Below, piece by piece: positions 25,719 to 39,400 of a DNA stretch of 64,000 bases. Position numbers and translations under genes: made by a program. Source of the DNA: Octopus vulgaris (Eukaryota); NCBI GenBank assembly GCA_951406725.2, contig OX597818.1, forward strand, positions 78,492,001-78,556,000, in the 5' to 3' direction. Below the pieces are notes generated by a model. The model was given only the letters and a program-made list of their open reading frames with translations, was not told the origin of the DNA and made no database searches. Each line of letters opens with the position of its first letter. The first letter of the stretch is position 1.

Positions 25719-27350
25719 CATGGCTGTGTGTGTGTTTGTGCGGTGAGTGTTTCTTTGTGGTCAGCCATGTTTTTGTGTGCAGGTGTTCGAGACTATTGGA
25801 AATCTCTTATGTAAGACAAGAAAAGAAATGAAGGAAATAAATAGACATTTTGAAAGCCTAAACTTGAGAAAATCGAAAGCAAAGAGGATTAAAAACATAA
25901 GGAAGTTATCAAAACGGATGGAAAAACTTCAAGAAATTTACCTCCTTGTCAATACGGTTATTTAAAACGACTTTATCACTTAATTTTATTGATACATATA
26001 TAACACAACTGAACATATATTATCAATCAAATGTTAAGCAGATAACCCTTTGTTTGTACTCAGCTAAGTAGCTTCTTAGCTCACGAAATGTTTCAGGTTT
26101 AAACAAAAAGAAATCTAGAATGGAAATTTTAAGCAAATTGCAATCAAATATATTTTGACGGTTCATGAATTTACTCTTGAAAGTCTCGTTATTTATGAAA
26201 ATATTTTTGCAGTAACAATAGATAGTGTAGATTTTATCGTTCACTTGTTCCAGTCATTGAGTTGTGGCCATTCTAGAGCCCTATCTGGAAGTGTTTCTTT
26301 GAATAAAATTGACCCTAGTACTTATTTTTAAATTCGGTACTTATTTTAGCGTTCTCTTTTTCCGAATCGTTAGGCTAGTGGATGTAAACAAGCCAACACC
26401 GACTGCTAAGCAGTTATAGGGAACATACACACTCTCAAATAGATATGTGCATGTGTGTGTGTGCGTGCGTGCGTGTGTACTTCGATTTTTCAAACAGTTT
26501 CACTCACAAAGCATTGATCGGCCTGAGGCTATAGTAGAAGACACTTGCCCAAGGCGCTTTACAGTGGGAATGAACCCGAAACAACGTGGTTGTAAAGCAG
26601 GCTTCTTATCCCAAAGTTATTACTGTGCCTTGATTGTTATCACTTAATCATTTTAATTCAGTCCCCTTTGATGTTAAATCAATTACAAAAGTGCATTGAT
26701 CATTCAGGGAAATATACGGAACAAGTTTCATTAATTTATCCTTATCAAGTTGTACCTTATCTAATAAACATTTGAATTTTTATTAATAAGAATGATATTC
26801 TTCCTTTCACAAGGTCGGATATTTTGAGGAGAGGCGTAAGTCGAATATATCGACCCAAATGTTCGACAAGCACTTTATTTTATCGACCCCGAAAAGATGA
26901 AAGGTTAAGTCGACCTCGGCAGAATTTGAACTCAGAACGTTACGAACTGGAAGAAATATCCGTTAAGCATTTTTCCGAAGCGCTATCGATTCTGCCAGCT
27001 CACCGACTTATTAAGACTAATATAAATATTAAAGGGGGGTTAATTTATTTGGTGTTGATTCTATTGATAGTGATGGACATAAAATAGCTACAGGTTGTAA
27101 TCAAAATCTAGTCATACCTATACTCAACTAACCGGGAACTTACTGAATCAATAAATATTGGTTTCAAATTTTGGCAGATGGCGAACAATTTTAGGGGACA
27201 TCAACTTCAGTATTCAACAGGTACTTATTTTATCGACCCTGAACAGATGAAAGGTAAAGTCGACGGCGGCGGAATTTGAACTCAGAACATAAAGACAGAT
27301 GAAATGCCGTTAAGCATTTTGCCGGGAGGGCTAACGATTCTGCCAGCTCG
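23040..27350. mobile_element. Field of SINE A copies (e.g. -23124-23330, +23427-23645, +24961-25160, -26810-27010, -27155-27350) and SINE B copies (-24370-24790, -26240-26620)
   Basis: Repeated GGATGAAAGGCAAAGTCGACCTCGGCGGAATTTGAACTCAG and AGACACTTGCCCAAGG motifs. Confidence 0.7.
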
Positions 27351-27514
27351 TCAACTTTCAATTAATAAATATCATAGATGCAACAAGATTTTCCATAAAA
27401 CGGAGTCGCATTCAAATGAGTCGTTGGCTTTTGTTTGAGTGAGCTAAATGATCTTTAACAATGTAATCAACCATAGTTTCAATCATGGATATGTCGCTAC
27501 ACATTGTGTGCATG

Positions 27515-27700
27515 CGCCATGATAGGTCGGTAGCCACTACACGCATTTTTTTCTCTCTTAGTTTCTTTCTGTGTTCCTTTCTGTGGAAGAGCGTAGGCTC
27601 GAAACGTAAAAGACTTTTTCAATTCCTGAGCGTTATACTAATACATCTGTTTGTTTTCTACACCATCTGTCTTCGTCTTTTGTTTTTTTCGTGAATTCTC
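27515..27700 (+). mobile_element. Penelope pLTR-like repeat with minimal hammerhead-like motif
   Basis: CTTT-CTGTGGAA-GAGC-gtag-GCTC-GAAACGTA-AAAG at 27577-27612; same family as the 44255, 45648, 46240 and 59290 copies. Confidence 0.65.
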
Positions 27701-28121
27701 TACATATAAATACATACACACAAACACACATAGTCGTAAGTTTCATTAAATATACGATTGTATTCAAGCTTTATGTTTTTTCGCATCTACTTTTTACAGT
27801 TGGTTTGAAGCAAGTCCCTAAAATCTATATCTGACGTTTCCATAACCTCATAGTCTCATTTTCAAGAATTGGCGTCAGTGTTGATTCTTATGTACTGGTA
27901 GCATTCATGTAGACTTACCCATCAAAGGATATTTTGACTGTTATGTATCATAACTCCTTTCATGTGTGTATGAGTCATGTATCATACACACATAGAGCAT
28001 TCGAGCATTTTCACTCACACATCTAGAGAGCAATAAATAATTTCCGTCTATTTACACATCGGGAATTTCTCCCATTGTTTGTTACACGCGCGCATACACA
28101 AATACACAAATACACACACAC

Positions 28122-28160
<39 letters not shown>

Positions 28161-28460
28161 TAGATATCGATATTACTGTGTGTGTGTATTTCACTTCTTT
28201 TACTTATTTTACTTGTTTCAGTCTGTGGTCATGCTGGAGCACCGCCTTTAGTCGAAGTCGACGCCAAGGCTTATTCTTTGTGAGGCTAGTACTTATTCTA
28301 TCGGCCCCTTTTGCCGAACCGCTAAGTTACCGGATCGTAAACACAGCAACATCAGTTGTCAAACGATGGTGGAGGGGACAAACACAGACACACAAATACA
28401 TATATATATATGCTTGTATCTTTATCTATATATACACACACATATATATGTGTATGTGTC

Positions 28461-28547
<87 letters not shown>

Positions 28548-28689
28548 GTGCATACTTTTATATAAATACTAAACATGTACACATATGTATGTACTATATA
28601 TACGTATATATTCATGTGTGTGTGTTTATGCATGTATGTATGTACATATAGACCAGTAGAGTTAGATACACACGCAACACACACACACT

Positions 28690-28722
<33 letters not shown>

Positions 28723-28871
28723 GCACACACACACACACACAAACACCTAACTCTATTGGTCTGCCTATATGTGAGTGCGTAAGTGTGCATAAAGCTTTGT
28801 GAGTGGATATGGTAGACGGAAACTGAATGAAGCCCATCGTATATATGTATACATATATATATATATTTATA

Positions 28872-28918
<47 letters not shown>

Positions 28919-28919
<1 letters not shown>

Positions 28920-29149
28920 ATGAATAAAAGAATGGAGTCGAACGAGGATTTTAACACAATTAAAGGAATTGTGTTAAAATCCTCGTTCGACTTCATTCTT
29001 TTATTCATTTTAAATATTACACAAATTACCACACAAGAACACGGAGTTTCTACCCTTGGCATGTAGCTTCAACCGTGTTTTCTGACGTGAATTTGCTACC
29101 CAGGTATCGGTTAACCGAATTATCAATACTAGGATAATTCATTCACCTA

Positions 29150-29150
<1 letters not shown>
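28919..29150. repeat. Hairpin-plus-tail element inserted in the (TA)n of a SINE B
   Basis: 43-bp arms at 28919-61 and 28967-29009 with one G-T mismatch and a 5-nt loop; the SINE halves lie at 28790-28845 and 29190-29355. Confidence 0.8.
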
Positions 29151-29194
<44 letters not shown>

Positions 29195-29639
29195 CTGTGT
29201 TTATATGTGTGTCTTTGTTTGTTCCCTCCCCCCCCAACATCGCTTGACAACCGATGCTGGTGTGTTTATGTCCCCGTAACTTAGCGGTTCGGCAAAAGAG
29301 ACCGATTGAATAAGTACTAGGCTTACAAATAACGACTGAAACAAGTAAAAGAGTAAAATATATATATATATGAACTTATTGGGTATTTGTAATTATTTAT
29401 CATTAAGCGAATAGCTGTATTTACTTCAGAAGGTGAAAGAGAAAATTTTGTGTCGATTTGGTGTCTATAAAGGACATTATTCACGTATGTGAAATGAACT
29501 TGTTTACAGTTAGATTCGAAACCAAGATCATCCGACTTTAACTCTGGGGGCTAGGCTACAACTCTATTGGTTGATGATATTTCTAATCAATACTTTTGTC
29601 ATAATCCACTAAACATGATGGTAAAGGAAACAACGTAAT

Positions 29640-29848
29640 TTCATTGGCTAAGGTGACAATGAGGATGTAGTGGCTGTAGTGAGGGTGGTTCAAAAATTCT
29701 CTTATAAAAAGAGACTACTCTCCAGAGATGAACCAATATACTCCCTCAAAAGGTAGATTGAAAGAAGAGGTGAATGATATGTAAAAGAGCCGAACATCAA
29801 CATCGTTAAAATTTAAGATTTTTCAACTCAGTTGAACCATAGGTGAGA
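29640..29848 (+). promoter_or_regulatory. Candidate ETS-gene promoter and non-coding first exon
   Basis: ATTGG (reverse CCAAT) at 29643, TATAAAA at 29703 and a strong donor AG|GTGAGA at 29842/3, in non-repetitive sequence about 1 kb upstream of the 30849 acceptor. Confidence 0.3.
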
Positions 29849-30859
29849 TGTGCATACCTTGTTTTATATCCTTCCTTTCCAATTTGCTTCTATATTCAGC
29901 TTTTTATTCATATTATGATCTGTTAAGTTTGAATTCTTATTCCATTTTCCAGTAGAGAATTTAATTGCTTATCCATTTAGAACACCCAGGGCTGTCGTTT
30001 GTTTATATATGTGTGTGTGTACATATATATATATATGTATGTATGTATGTGTATATCTATCTATCTATCTATATATATATATATATATATATATATCTTT
30101 GAACACTACAAAAAATATTATCAAGCTGACTTCAAGCCAAAGAAGTAAACTTAATGTGATCAATAGAACTACTTGAGGAAGCTGCCAAAATTTTTTTAAA
30201 CCTTTAGTTATTCTCTTAAAAAAGGACGTACAAAATTGTTCTGTCATCAATGATGCACTAAATACATTATCCGTGAAGAAACAATACAATTTGATCATAT
30301 CTAATCAGCTAAATCAAGACTGAACTGGGTTTTACAACAATTATAACAACAACACAACTCAAAGCAGGTCCAAGGAATGGAGGAACGTCAACGTGCTGCA
30401 ACGAGTTGCTCGAAATAGCTGTCAGACCTCTAACCTCTCAAAGCCTACTCTTTTGAAGGAAAGGGGTAGATCTGATTATGTATTCATAGATATCTTAAAA
30501 TTGGAAAAGAAAATACTGAAAATCAGGGCTCGAATAAATTTCATGATATAGTTGTTGGTTCAGGAAAGACATAGATTAAGACAACGACACTAGCTGTAAC
30601 AAAGGTTGGTCATGCACCTGCACATTATATGCAAGCCTAGACATGATATTTTCAGAAAGACTGATATGGAGAGGATAGATTTGTATACCAATCTGCACGC
30701 ACAAAAGCCAAAAAAAGAAAAAAGAGAGAAAAGCAGCACAAGACGAAGACCTATCTCATTAAGGGTCTTTTTGTTGTACATCAGCTTAGTTAAAAATAAA
30801 TGTGTTGTAAAATTAGGTATATAGCTTTTCGCTTGTTTATCATTTCAGATACGGGAGAA

Positions 30860-30895
30860 ATGGATTCAGACTGGAACGATGTCAACCAACTTCAG
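30860..30895 (+). CDS. ETS gene first coding exon ([12 protein letters not shown]); exon begins at 30849
   Basis: Acceptor tttcAG ends at 30848; ATG at 30860 has G at -3 and G at +4; donor CAG|gtaag at 30895/6; phase 0 matches the next exon. Confidence 0.7.
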
Positions 30896-31236
30896 GTAAG
30901 GTCATTTCTTTACCACCATTATGATAAGGTGTCTTTCTCAGAGAGAAGAGAGAGAGATAGAGGAGAGAGAGAAGATAAGAAAGGAGAGAGGGAGGAGGAG
31001 AGGAGATAGGGGATAAAAGAGAGGGGGTGAGGAAAGGAGTTGAGTGTTTTTTAACGTTCCTTTGTCACAAACATCTCTGTACTTCATGTACGTATGCACA
31101 CATGTGCATACGTACATAGATACATGCATATATATGTATGTACATACATATATGTGTGAGTGTATATACATCTATACATATATACACATACACACACACG
31201 CGTTTGTGTGTATGTGTATTTATAAATGTATGTGTA

Positions 31237-31268
<32 letters not shown>

Positions 31269-31480
31269 CATGAACTGTTGGCAATATTCTTCCTCCTTCC
31301 TTTTCTTTGGGATTTTCCTGTTTCGTGTTTCCGAAGAAGAGCTTTGCTCGAAACGTAAAACAACCACTGTTTCTTTCCTTCTTTGAGCGTTTCATTAATA
31401 CTTTGCACATACTCACATTGCTTTTTTCTTATATTTTTTCTCTGTTTTTAAATTAATTATCTATATATATATATACGTAC

Positions 31481-31531
<51 letters not shown>

Positions 31532-31821
31532 TAATAATGAAGTCAAAACAAGTAGTGATATTTTGCAGTTATTTAATACGTGCGCTTCAGTTTCGCATAA
31601 TTCATAATAGGAAATGCAGCCATTTCGCAAGACGTTCCCCAGTTAAAACGTTTCAAAATATCAACCAAACTAATTGATGGAAATAATTCAATATATATGT
31701 TCGGAGCAGTAGAAGTCGGCTGCTAAATTAGGAGGATGGATATGTTTAGAGAGAGATTTGCATTACTTAAAATGTTACTTTCCATCGTTCGAACTTAGTT
31801 ACAACATACATACATATCTGG

Positions 31822-31902
<81 letters not shown>

Positions 31903-33947
31903 TGTGAGTGTGTGTGTGTAGATATATGTGTATGTGTTTATATATATATATATGTACTATATATACTATATACATATATATGAGTATATATAGATATCTG
32001 TATATGTGTGTGTATGTATATATATATATATTCCTGTTTAAAAGCGTATTTATACATACATAAATATATGTTCCTATATACATATACTCGTAGACACGCA
32101 TGCACATTTACGTGCATAGATGCTCACCTATATTTCACGTTGTTTTATGTTTTATATGTATGCTCACTTACATACACACACGTGTGGGGATGCACAAATA
32201 TATGCCAGTGATACACAAATATATGCCAGAAACGTATATATACTTATATATGTGCCTCTTGCTCGACGTCTTGCGTGTATACTTAGGAGCAAGGTCTTTC
32301 ATGTGTTATTACAATAACCACATTCGGGCATATAGTCGGGTGTACACACGATTATGAGAACACAAATCCCTCGTTGGTTGATGAGTATACGTACAAACAC
32401 CAATACTACGAAATACATTCAATACAGATATACAACACGCCCACATGTGCTACACATATTGCAAATGCCATTATGCTCATATTTTCGTGGTAGCTGTGAT
32501 CTTTCACTTTCTGTTGCAAGTGGTATTTCGGTTGATCTTTTTCTGACTGTACATACTTGAATGACTTTGTGTCACTTTCTTAGTTAAGTTTCTGAAAGAA
32601 TGTGTATGCGGTAGAATCTAAACTTGAAAGTGTTGGCTGTTGGCAAAATGTAGGATTTGAGTGTGTTGTTTGTATTGTTTCTAGTGAAGATTCTCTTCGA
32701 TACAGTTGTAACTAAGTTTAAGGGTGTTGGTGATGAATACCTTACATGTGTTGTTTTCTGTTGTTGCTTTTTTTATCTGAGTAAAACGTTTCTAGTAAGG
32801 ATTTTCATGCGGAGAGGCCATTGTGTGTTACATTTACATTGTTTATAGAGAGTTGGGTTGTTTATGATGTTTGATGAATATTGGATTCTATAGATACCTC
32901 ATTTCTCTCATGCTATTGGAAATTATGTAAGCCGATTATTGTTAGAACCGAAGCTATTGCTTACAATATTCCATATAAAATATCTCAATAACTGAAGTTA
33001 ACACCACTTTCCAGTCGATCAAAGTACATTTAGTGTGTATGTATATGTATATATTTATACATGTATATATATGTAGGTGTGTGCATGTGTGTGTATGTGT
33101 GTATGTCTTTATATATGTATGCGTATGTGTATATCATATACATATATGCATCGGTAAGTTTGTGTGTGTGTTAAAACACGATTGTCTTAGTATTATCATT
33201 TTCATTATACCTTTTCTTTAATTTCTAGTTAGTTTCTTGCAATTTGTTTGGAAACTTCCTAAACTCATCAAATTAGGTCCTAGACATCTTCATACGCAGA
33301 CTCTATGCTGTGTGGTTGATTTTAATTCTCTTTAACAAACAAATCCAATATCATTGCTATTGCCTTTGTCATTACCGTCAGAATTTGAACTTTTGACAGT
33401 TACCATTTTACTTAAGAGGTTAAAGGATGATTATCTTTTCTTTGTAACTGGTGTCTATATTGATTCCAGGAGGATCATAAAAGACAAATGCATCCTCGAT
33501 GGTATTTCATTTCAGAACGTAAACGTACGGAACTATATATCTGTCACTCTATCGGTTCTTCCATTCACTGCCCTTGAAAAGTATCGATAATAGAATAATA
33601 CGTGAAGGTTCAGTTATAACAACTATTTGTAAAAGTCGTACAAAGCAACCAATGTTTATTTCTTATGAATTTCAGCCAAGCATAGCGGAAGGTTTTACAC
33701 AATATGATAGCAAAGATAGTATCGAACCTTATATGGAATATTTGAATGTTGAAGAGAACTGCGTATACAACACAATAACAGTAGAACCAGTTACAGAAAA
33801 TAGTACACCAACTTACACAAATTTGTCGCTTAAAATGGAGCAGAGAGATTGTGTTTATGGTAAGTATAAGATATTGTTTGACTTGCTCGGGTTTATTTCC
33901 AGTAGACATATATACGTGCACACAAACACATACACGCACATATCCGT

Positions 33948-34023
<76 letters not shown>

Positions 34024-34728
34024 GTGCGTGAATAATTAGCGAAGTACCGGTCAAAAATGATGTGTTTTATTTATATACACTCATTTAATGATTCTTAATT
34101 TTTCTACTAAATTTTCTTCGTGTGTTTCATTTTGTTTTGGTCCAATTATTCTTACACTTTTCCTCTCACGATTTTCTGCTGTTTTCCCTTATGTTCCATG
34201 CCCTCACCAATTCACTTTAAGCATTGACGTCTTCTGATAGTCTTCATTTTCTTTATGCAGTTCCTAATCAAGCATCTCTTCTGTGACTTGTAATTATCTG
34301 TTTCCTATATTTGAAAAATCGGTTTTGCAATTTCTTAATCCTACACTCTCACTCCATTACTACACGTTGATATACCCACTAACTTTCATGCTTCGTTATT
34401 TTTTCTTCGTTTCCCCCTCTTTTCTCTCGTTTTCTCTTAAAGTCTTCCTCACTTCTATTTTTTTTCCCAATGTATCCCCAGTAGTTTGATGTCAAATACA
34501 TTTTTTTTAGTTTTTCTCTTCTCCTGTCTATATTATCCTCTCTACCATTTAACACTTTAAATCTGTTATTTTATCAGGTTACCTCTCTAACTCCTCCGCT
34601 CGGTTGTAGAGCTCTACATTGTTTCATCACACCTGCTTTGCTATGTTACTTACACGCACTGTCTCTTCCTCTCTCCTCCATCCTATATTTCATTCTCTGC
34701 TCACTAACTACTAGGTGACAGCAGAATA

Positions 34729-34762
<34 letters not shown>

Positions 34763-34804
34763 AATGTCAGTCACCCACCTATCTATCTGTCTATCTTTCT
34801 ATTT

Positions 34805-34861
<57 letters not shown>

Positions 34862-35762
34862 CACATATATATATATATATCAACCCTCCTATCTTTTGAA
34901 CCTCTATTTTTCACCTCTTTGTGCACAATGGCTTTTGACAGAAATGTTTGAAAGCAACCACTATCACTGCCAGCACCAAAGGTCTTTTCCCCAAAACTAA
35001 AGAGTATATTATTTGAAGCCTGTATCAAAGCTACAATGTCCTAGGGTAGCGAGACTTGGTCATTGAATGTAGATTGACAAAGATCAAAAAGATATAAAGT
35101 AAGTATGTACCAATGGAGGTGTAATGTTAGTGTGCAAGAACGTCAGAGTATAAATGAGCTAAGAGAAAAAGTGAATGTGAAAGGAATCAGATGTAGTATG
35201 CAAGAGAGAAGGTTGCACTCTTATAGACATACGATGCATATGGAGAAAGACGGCCGCATACAAAATCGTCGAGTACTCCAAGGTAGTGGAGGGAGAAGAG
35301 GGAGACCGAGGAAACACTCACACCTCCTCCATGGCACCCGTCTCTTCATCACATATATTCCCTCCAATTCGCTTGTTATATTCGTCCTGTTGCATCACCA
35401 ACCAGACACTCTCCCAGTTTACCTGTATTGTCACACAACACTTCCTCTTATCTTTATCTCACTACCTATCGTCTTGCTAGTCTTTCATCACCTCGCTGTA
35501 CCCACCCACTACTTTCCCCTACTCCTTTCTCTCACCATCCTTTCTACATTACCACCCCATCTGGGGTATTTTTGCAGCATTCTCACTCTGCTCTTTCCTT
35601 CCCCCTATATCCATGGTACCCTCCAACTTCTCTTTACCCTCAATAATCCTTTTCATCTTTTCTCTTCTCCTCTAGTCTACATCATGAACTCTACTTCTAT
35701 GTATACATGTTTGTCTATACATGGATGTATGTCTGTATGATAATTGTATATGTATGTGTATG

Positions 35763-35837
<75 letters not shown>

Positions 35838-36292
35838 TTTCTTCTGTCTCGTGAAGTTATAATTTAATTTTTACTGTAATAATAAGCTTAATTTCTCCAC
35901 AGAATATTGGGATGATTATGTCAGCGCCCGTCCCTTCTACAACAACCGATCACACTTCAGCTATTATAACGACGCTCAATGTTATACAAATATCAACTCT
36001 GGAAGTAAGTGTGATTACAATGAATATTATTGTTATTTATGAAAAGCTGTATATCATCCCGTTCCCAAAAGAAATCGCTAGCATCTCCATTGAAAGAGTC
36101 ATATCTTATCTGAATACCATTTAACCCTTTGTTACCATATTTCTGTTAAGATATACTGTTTTTGTTTCAATTAATTTTTAAAGAAATTAAGGACTTAGTA
36201 AATTGTCTTTATTAAGCTGGTATATCGAGCATTAGTTAACAGGAAATCTTGATTGGCGAGGTAATAGTTTAGGGCACTTTCACACTTTCACA

Positions 36293-36341
<49 letters not shown>

Positions 36342-36368
36342 TTGTATATATATATGTATGCGTGTGTG

Positions 36369-36405
<37 letters not shown>

Positions 36406-39400
36406 AGAATGAGTTGAGTAGATAAGTATAATGAATTGCCTCTCATGGTATCTGGTAGTAAAGAAATCCAGGGTGCTTGAAATTCATTACCAGTTCATAG
36501 AGATCACTATGAGGTTGGTTACGGAGTTCTAACCCCTTGTTGTCTAATGAGAAAATTTTTCTCCAAGAGAAAACCATAATGAAACGCTCTTACAAGTTCA
36601 AATAAGCTCCAGACATATTTCAACAGATCTAAATTTGATATGTTTTCTATCGCTGGTTCATGCACTTACCCACCTTTGATTGTATTGTCTTCATTCTTTT
36701 TTTTTTTTCAGTAGATTTCATTGTTTCCAAACCCGAGGAAATGTCTCTGTCTCAAGACATCAACTATAGTCCCGAACTTATACAGAATAGCGAATATAGT
36801 CTTGATCCACCGAAACACTATCGCAGGAAACCAGGCAGGAAAAAGGGACAAAGTAAGTTTATGCTGTCAGTAACAATTAAAAGTAGAATTAACAGATTTA
36901 ATTAAAACTATTTTTATTGAAATAGTGATACTTGTCAATCCAAATTATTATTATTATACAGTTGTTAATGCATGAATAAATGCTCTTAAATGACCGTGCA
37001 CAATTACACACATACAGCACATATATATGGATGCGCGCGCACGCACATACATAGATACACATACACACATACACATTGACGCACACACACAAATACGCAT
37101 ATGTATACATAGACACAGACACGCGCGCGCGCATGCACCAAAGCACGCATGTGTACGCACACAGGCATTAGAGCCAATAAATCACGTGGGAATGCATCGA
37201 TATGAATATCGAATACAAATGTAGGAAATAAGAAAAATAACAAGAAAAAGTTATCCAGAGGCTGCATGATTTCCCAGAAGTGTGATTTAAAGACTTGATA
37301 TGAGGATCACGTGATTATAGAGCTAGCTGAATGAAACAAGGATATTTGTTGTGATGGAAAATGATGTGAGTGTAACGATATAGATGTAATATTTAATATA
37401 TTATGTAATGTTAAGGCAGCGAGCTGGCAGAATCGTTAGCACGCCGGGCAAAATTCTTGACGGCATTTCGTCCGTCTTTACGTTCTGAGTTCAAATTCCG
37501 CTGAGGTCGACTTTGCTTTTCATCCTTTCTGGGTTGATACAATAAGTACCAGCTGAACACTGAGGTCAAGGTAATCGACTTACCCACTTCCCGAAAGTGT
37601 TGGCCTTGTGCCAAAATTTGAAATCAATATATTACGTAACGTTACGTAATGCAACGATTTATATAATGCTACATAGCGTAGATGAAGTTGGTTAATAGCC
37701 AAGTGTTTATTATTCTCAATAATACTCACCGGTAGTCATAATACTGTTGCTGTAGGTACGTGCACTGAGATGAAGAATAGTTAGTCGAAGACCTGAGGTT
37801 GAGTGGAACTGACCTCCATATATGTTTAGTGGCTGCGTTAAATCTTCCAGGGAGCTCACTCCCGTATATGTGTAGTAGTGATGCTATTTCAGCTTGTGGT
37901 CTGCTGCTCTATCTATATTCAATAGTAACCTGATCAGGGTTAGGTTTAGGGGTTAGGCAATAGTCAAAATGCTGTAGCTAACAGTGATACCAAATCGGGA
38001 ATCTCACCAAAATCAAGCAATAAGAATTTCTCTAAATAAGTAAGTTTGCATAATTTCCCGTTGGTAATTGTGCTAAACTGTCAATTGTGTTTCTAGTTGT
38101 TTTTTTACTAATACTTCAGCAGCCATTTGAATAGATCAATAAGTATCACATCAATTATGAATAGATCGTACACTTTAACAGATTAATCAATATTTATTGA
38201 ATAGATTAATTTAATGTTATATATCAAATGACCTTTCATCATTGTTTTCTTTCCTTTTGTTTCTTGAAATAGTTTCCAAAGTTTATCACCTGTGGGAATT
38301 TATCCGAGACCTTCTCAAATCCCCGTGTTATAGAGATATAATCCGATGGGAAGATCGCGACAAAGGTATCTTTCGGGTGTTGAAATCTGCAGAAGTTGCG
38401 AAGCTTTGGGGCCAAAAGAAGAAAAATAAGCTAGCAATGAATTACGAAAAAATGAGCCGTTCTCTACGGTAAGAAATCATTTTAATTAGAAATATCTTCT
38501 AAGTTCAAATCCCACGTTGATCGACTTTCTTTTTCATTCTTTGGTGTCTTAAAAACGTTCTAATGCCGAGAAACTCAACTATATTCTTCAGAATGTGTGG
38601 TGTTCTGCCTAACTTGGAAATCATTCAAAATGAAAGAATTTATTAAGGATGACCTTTTCACTTTTCACATACAAAAAAATTACTAGGGTGGATGGTAGCG
38701 ACTAACCATTTCCCTTCAAAATGGCTTGTATTATGCCTAAATCGGTATCAAATGTCAGCACAAGTCCAACAATTTTAGAGGGACGGGTTTAGTTGAATAT
38801 ATCGATCCCAATACTTGACTGTTACATATATCTCGGAAGGATGAAACGTAAACTAGACCTCAGTAGAATTTGAACTCGGAACTTAAGGAACCGAACGAAA
38901 TACCGCTAAGCATTTCCTCCGGCGTGCTAATGATTTCGCCAGCTTAACCCTTGTCTTAAACGTAAGTAAAAAAACAAAAAGAAATTAAGGGCGGCAGATT
39001 GACAGAAACTTTATTACATCGGACCTTGCGATTTGTTTCGATTTGATTTTTTATGCTCTGTGTTCACATCCCACCGAGGTCACCTTTGCCTTTCATTCTT
39101 TCGGGGTCGATAAAATAAAATATCAGGCAAACAATAAAGTCGATGGTATTGACTGACACGAACCCTCATAAAAACTGCTAGACTTGTACCTAAATTCGAA
39201 ACAAATGATCACCACATGATCTGCATAATCGTTAGCGTGTCCCACAAAATATCTTGCGTGCGGTGCTTGTTCTGCGGTGTTTGTTCTGAACTCTTCTGAA
39301 TTCAGATCCCTCTGGGGCTGACTTTACTTTTCATTCTGCAATATAAGTGCCAGTTTAGTTCTGAAGTCGATGGCATAGATTAACCCTTTCCGCACAAAAG

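Noticed and set aside
29038-29079. Hammerhead on the minus strand of the hairpin-element tail
   Set aside because: A 7-bp stem and GAAA are present, but the core reads TTGAAGC and stem III cannot form.
32350-32990. Possible Penelope RT/GIY-YIG remnant on the minus strand (also 47900-48320)
   Set aside because: Only faint motif resemblance (GIYR..); too decayed to support without a TBLASTN/HMM search.
35313-35740. Hydrophobic C-terminal part of the 211-aa ORF as a membrane protein
   Set aside because: Pyrimidine-rich low-complexity intronic sequence fused to an RTE fragment.
37935-37957. Telomere-like TTAGG(G) units (also TAACCC-like at 15733-15782)
   Set aside because: Only 3-4 degenerate units; too short to call interstitial telomeric sequence.
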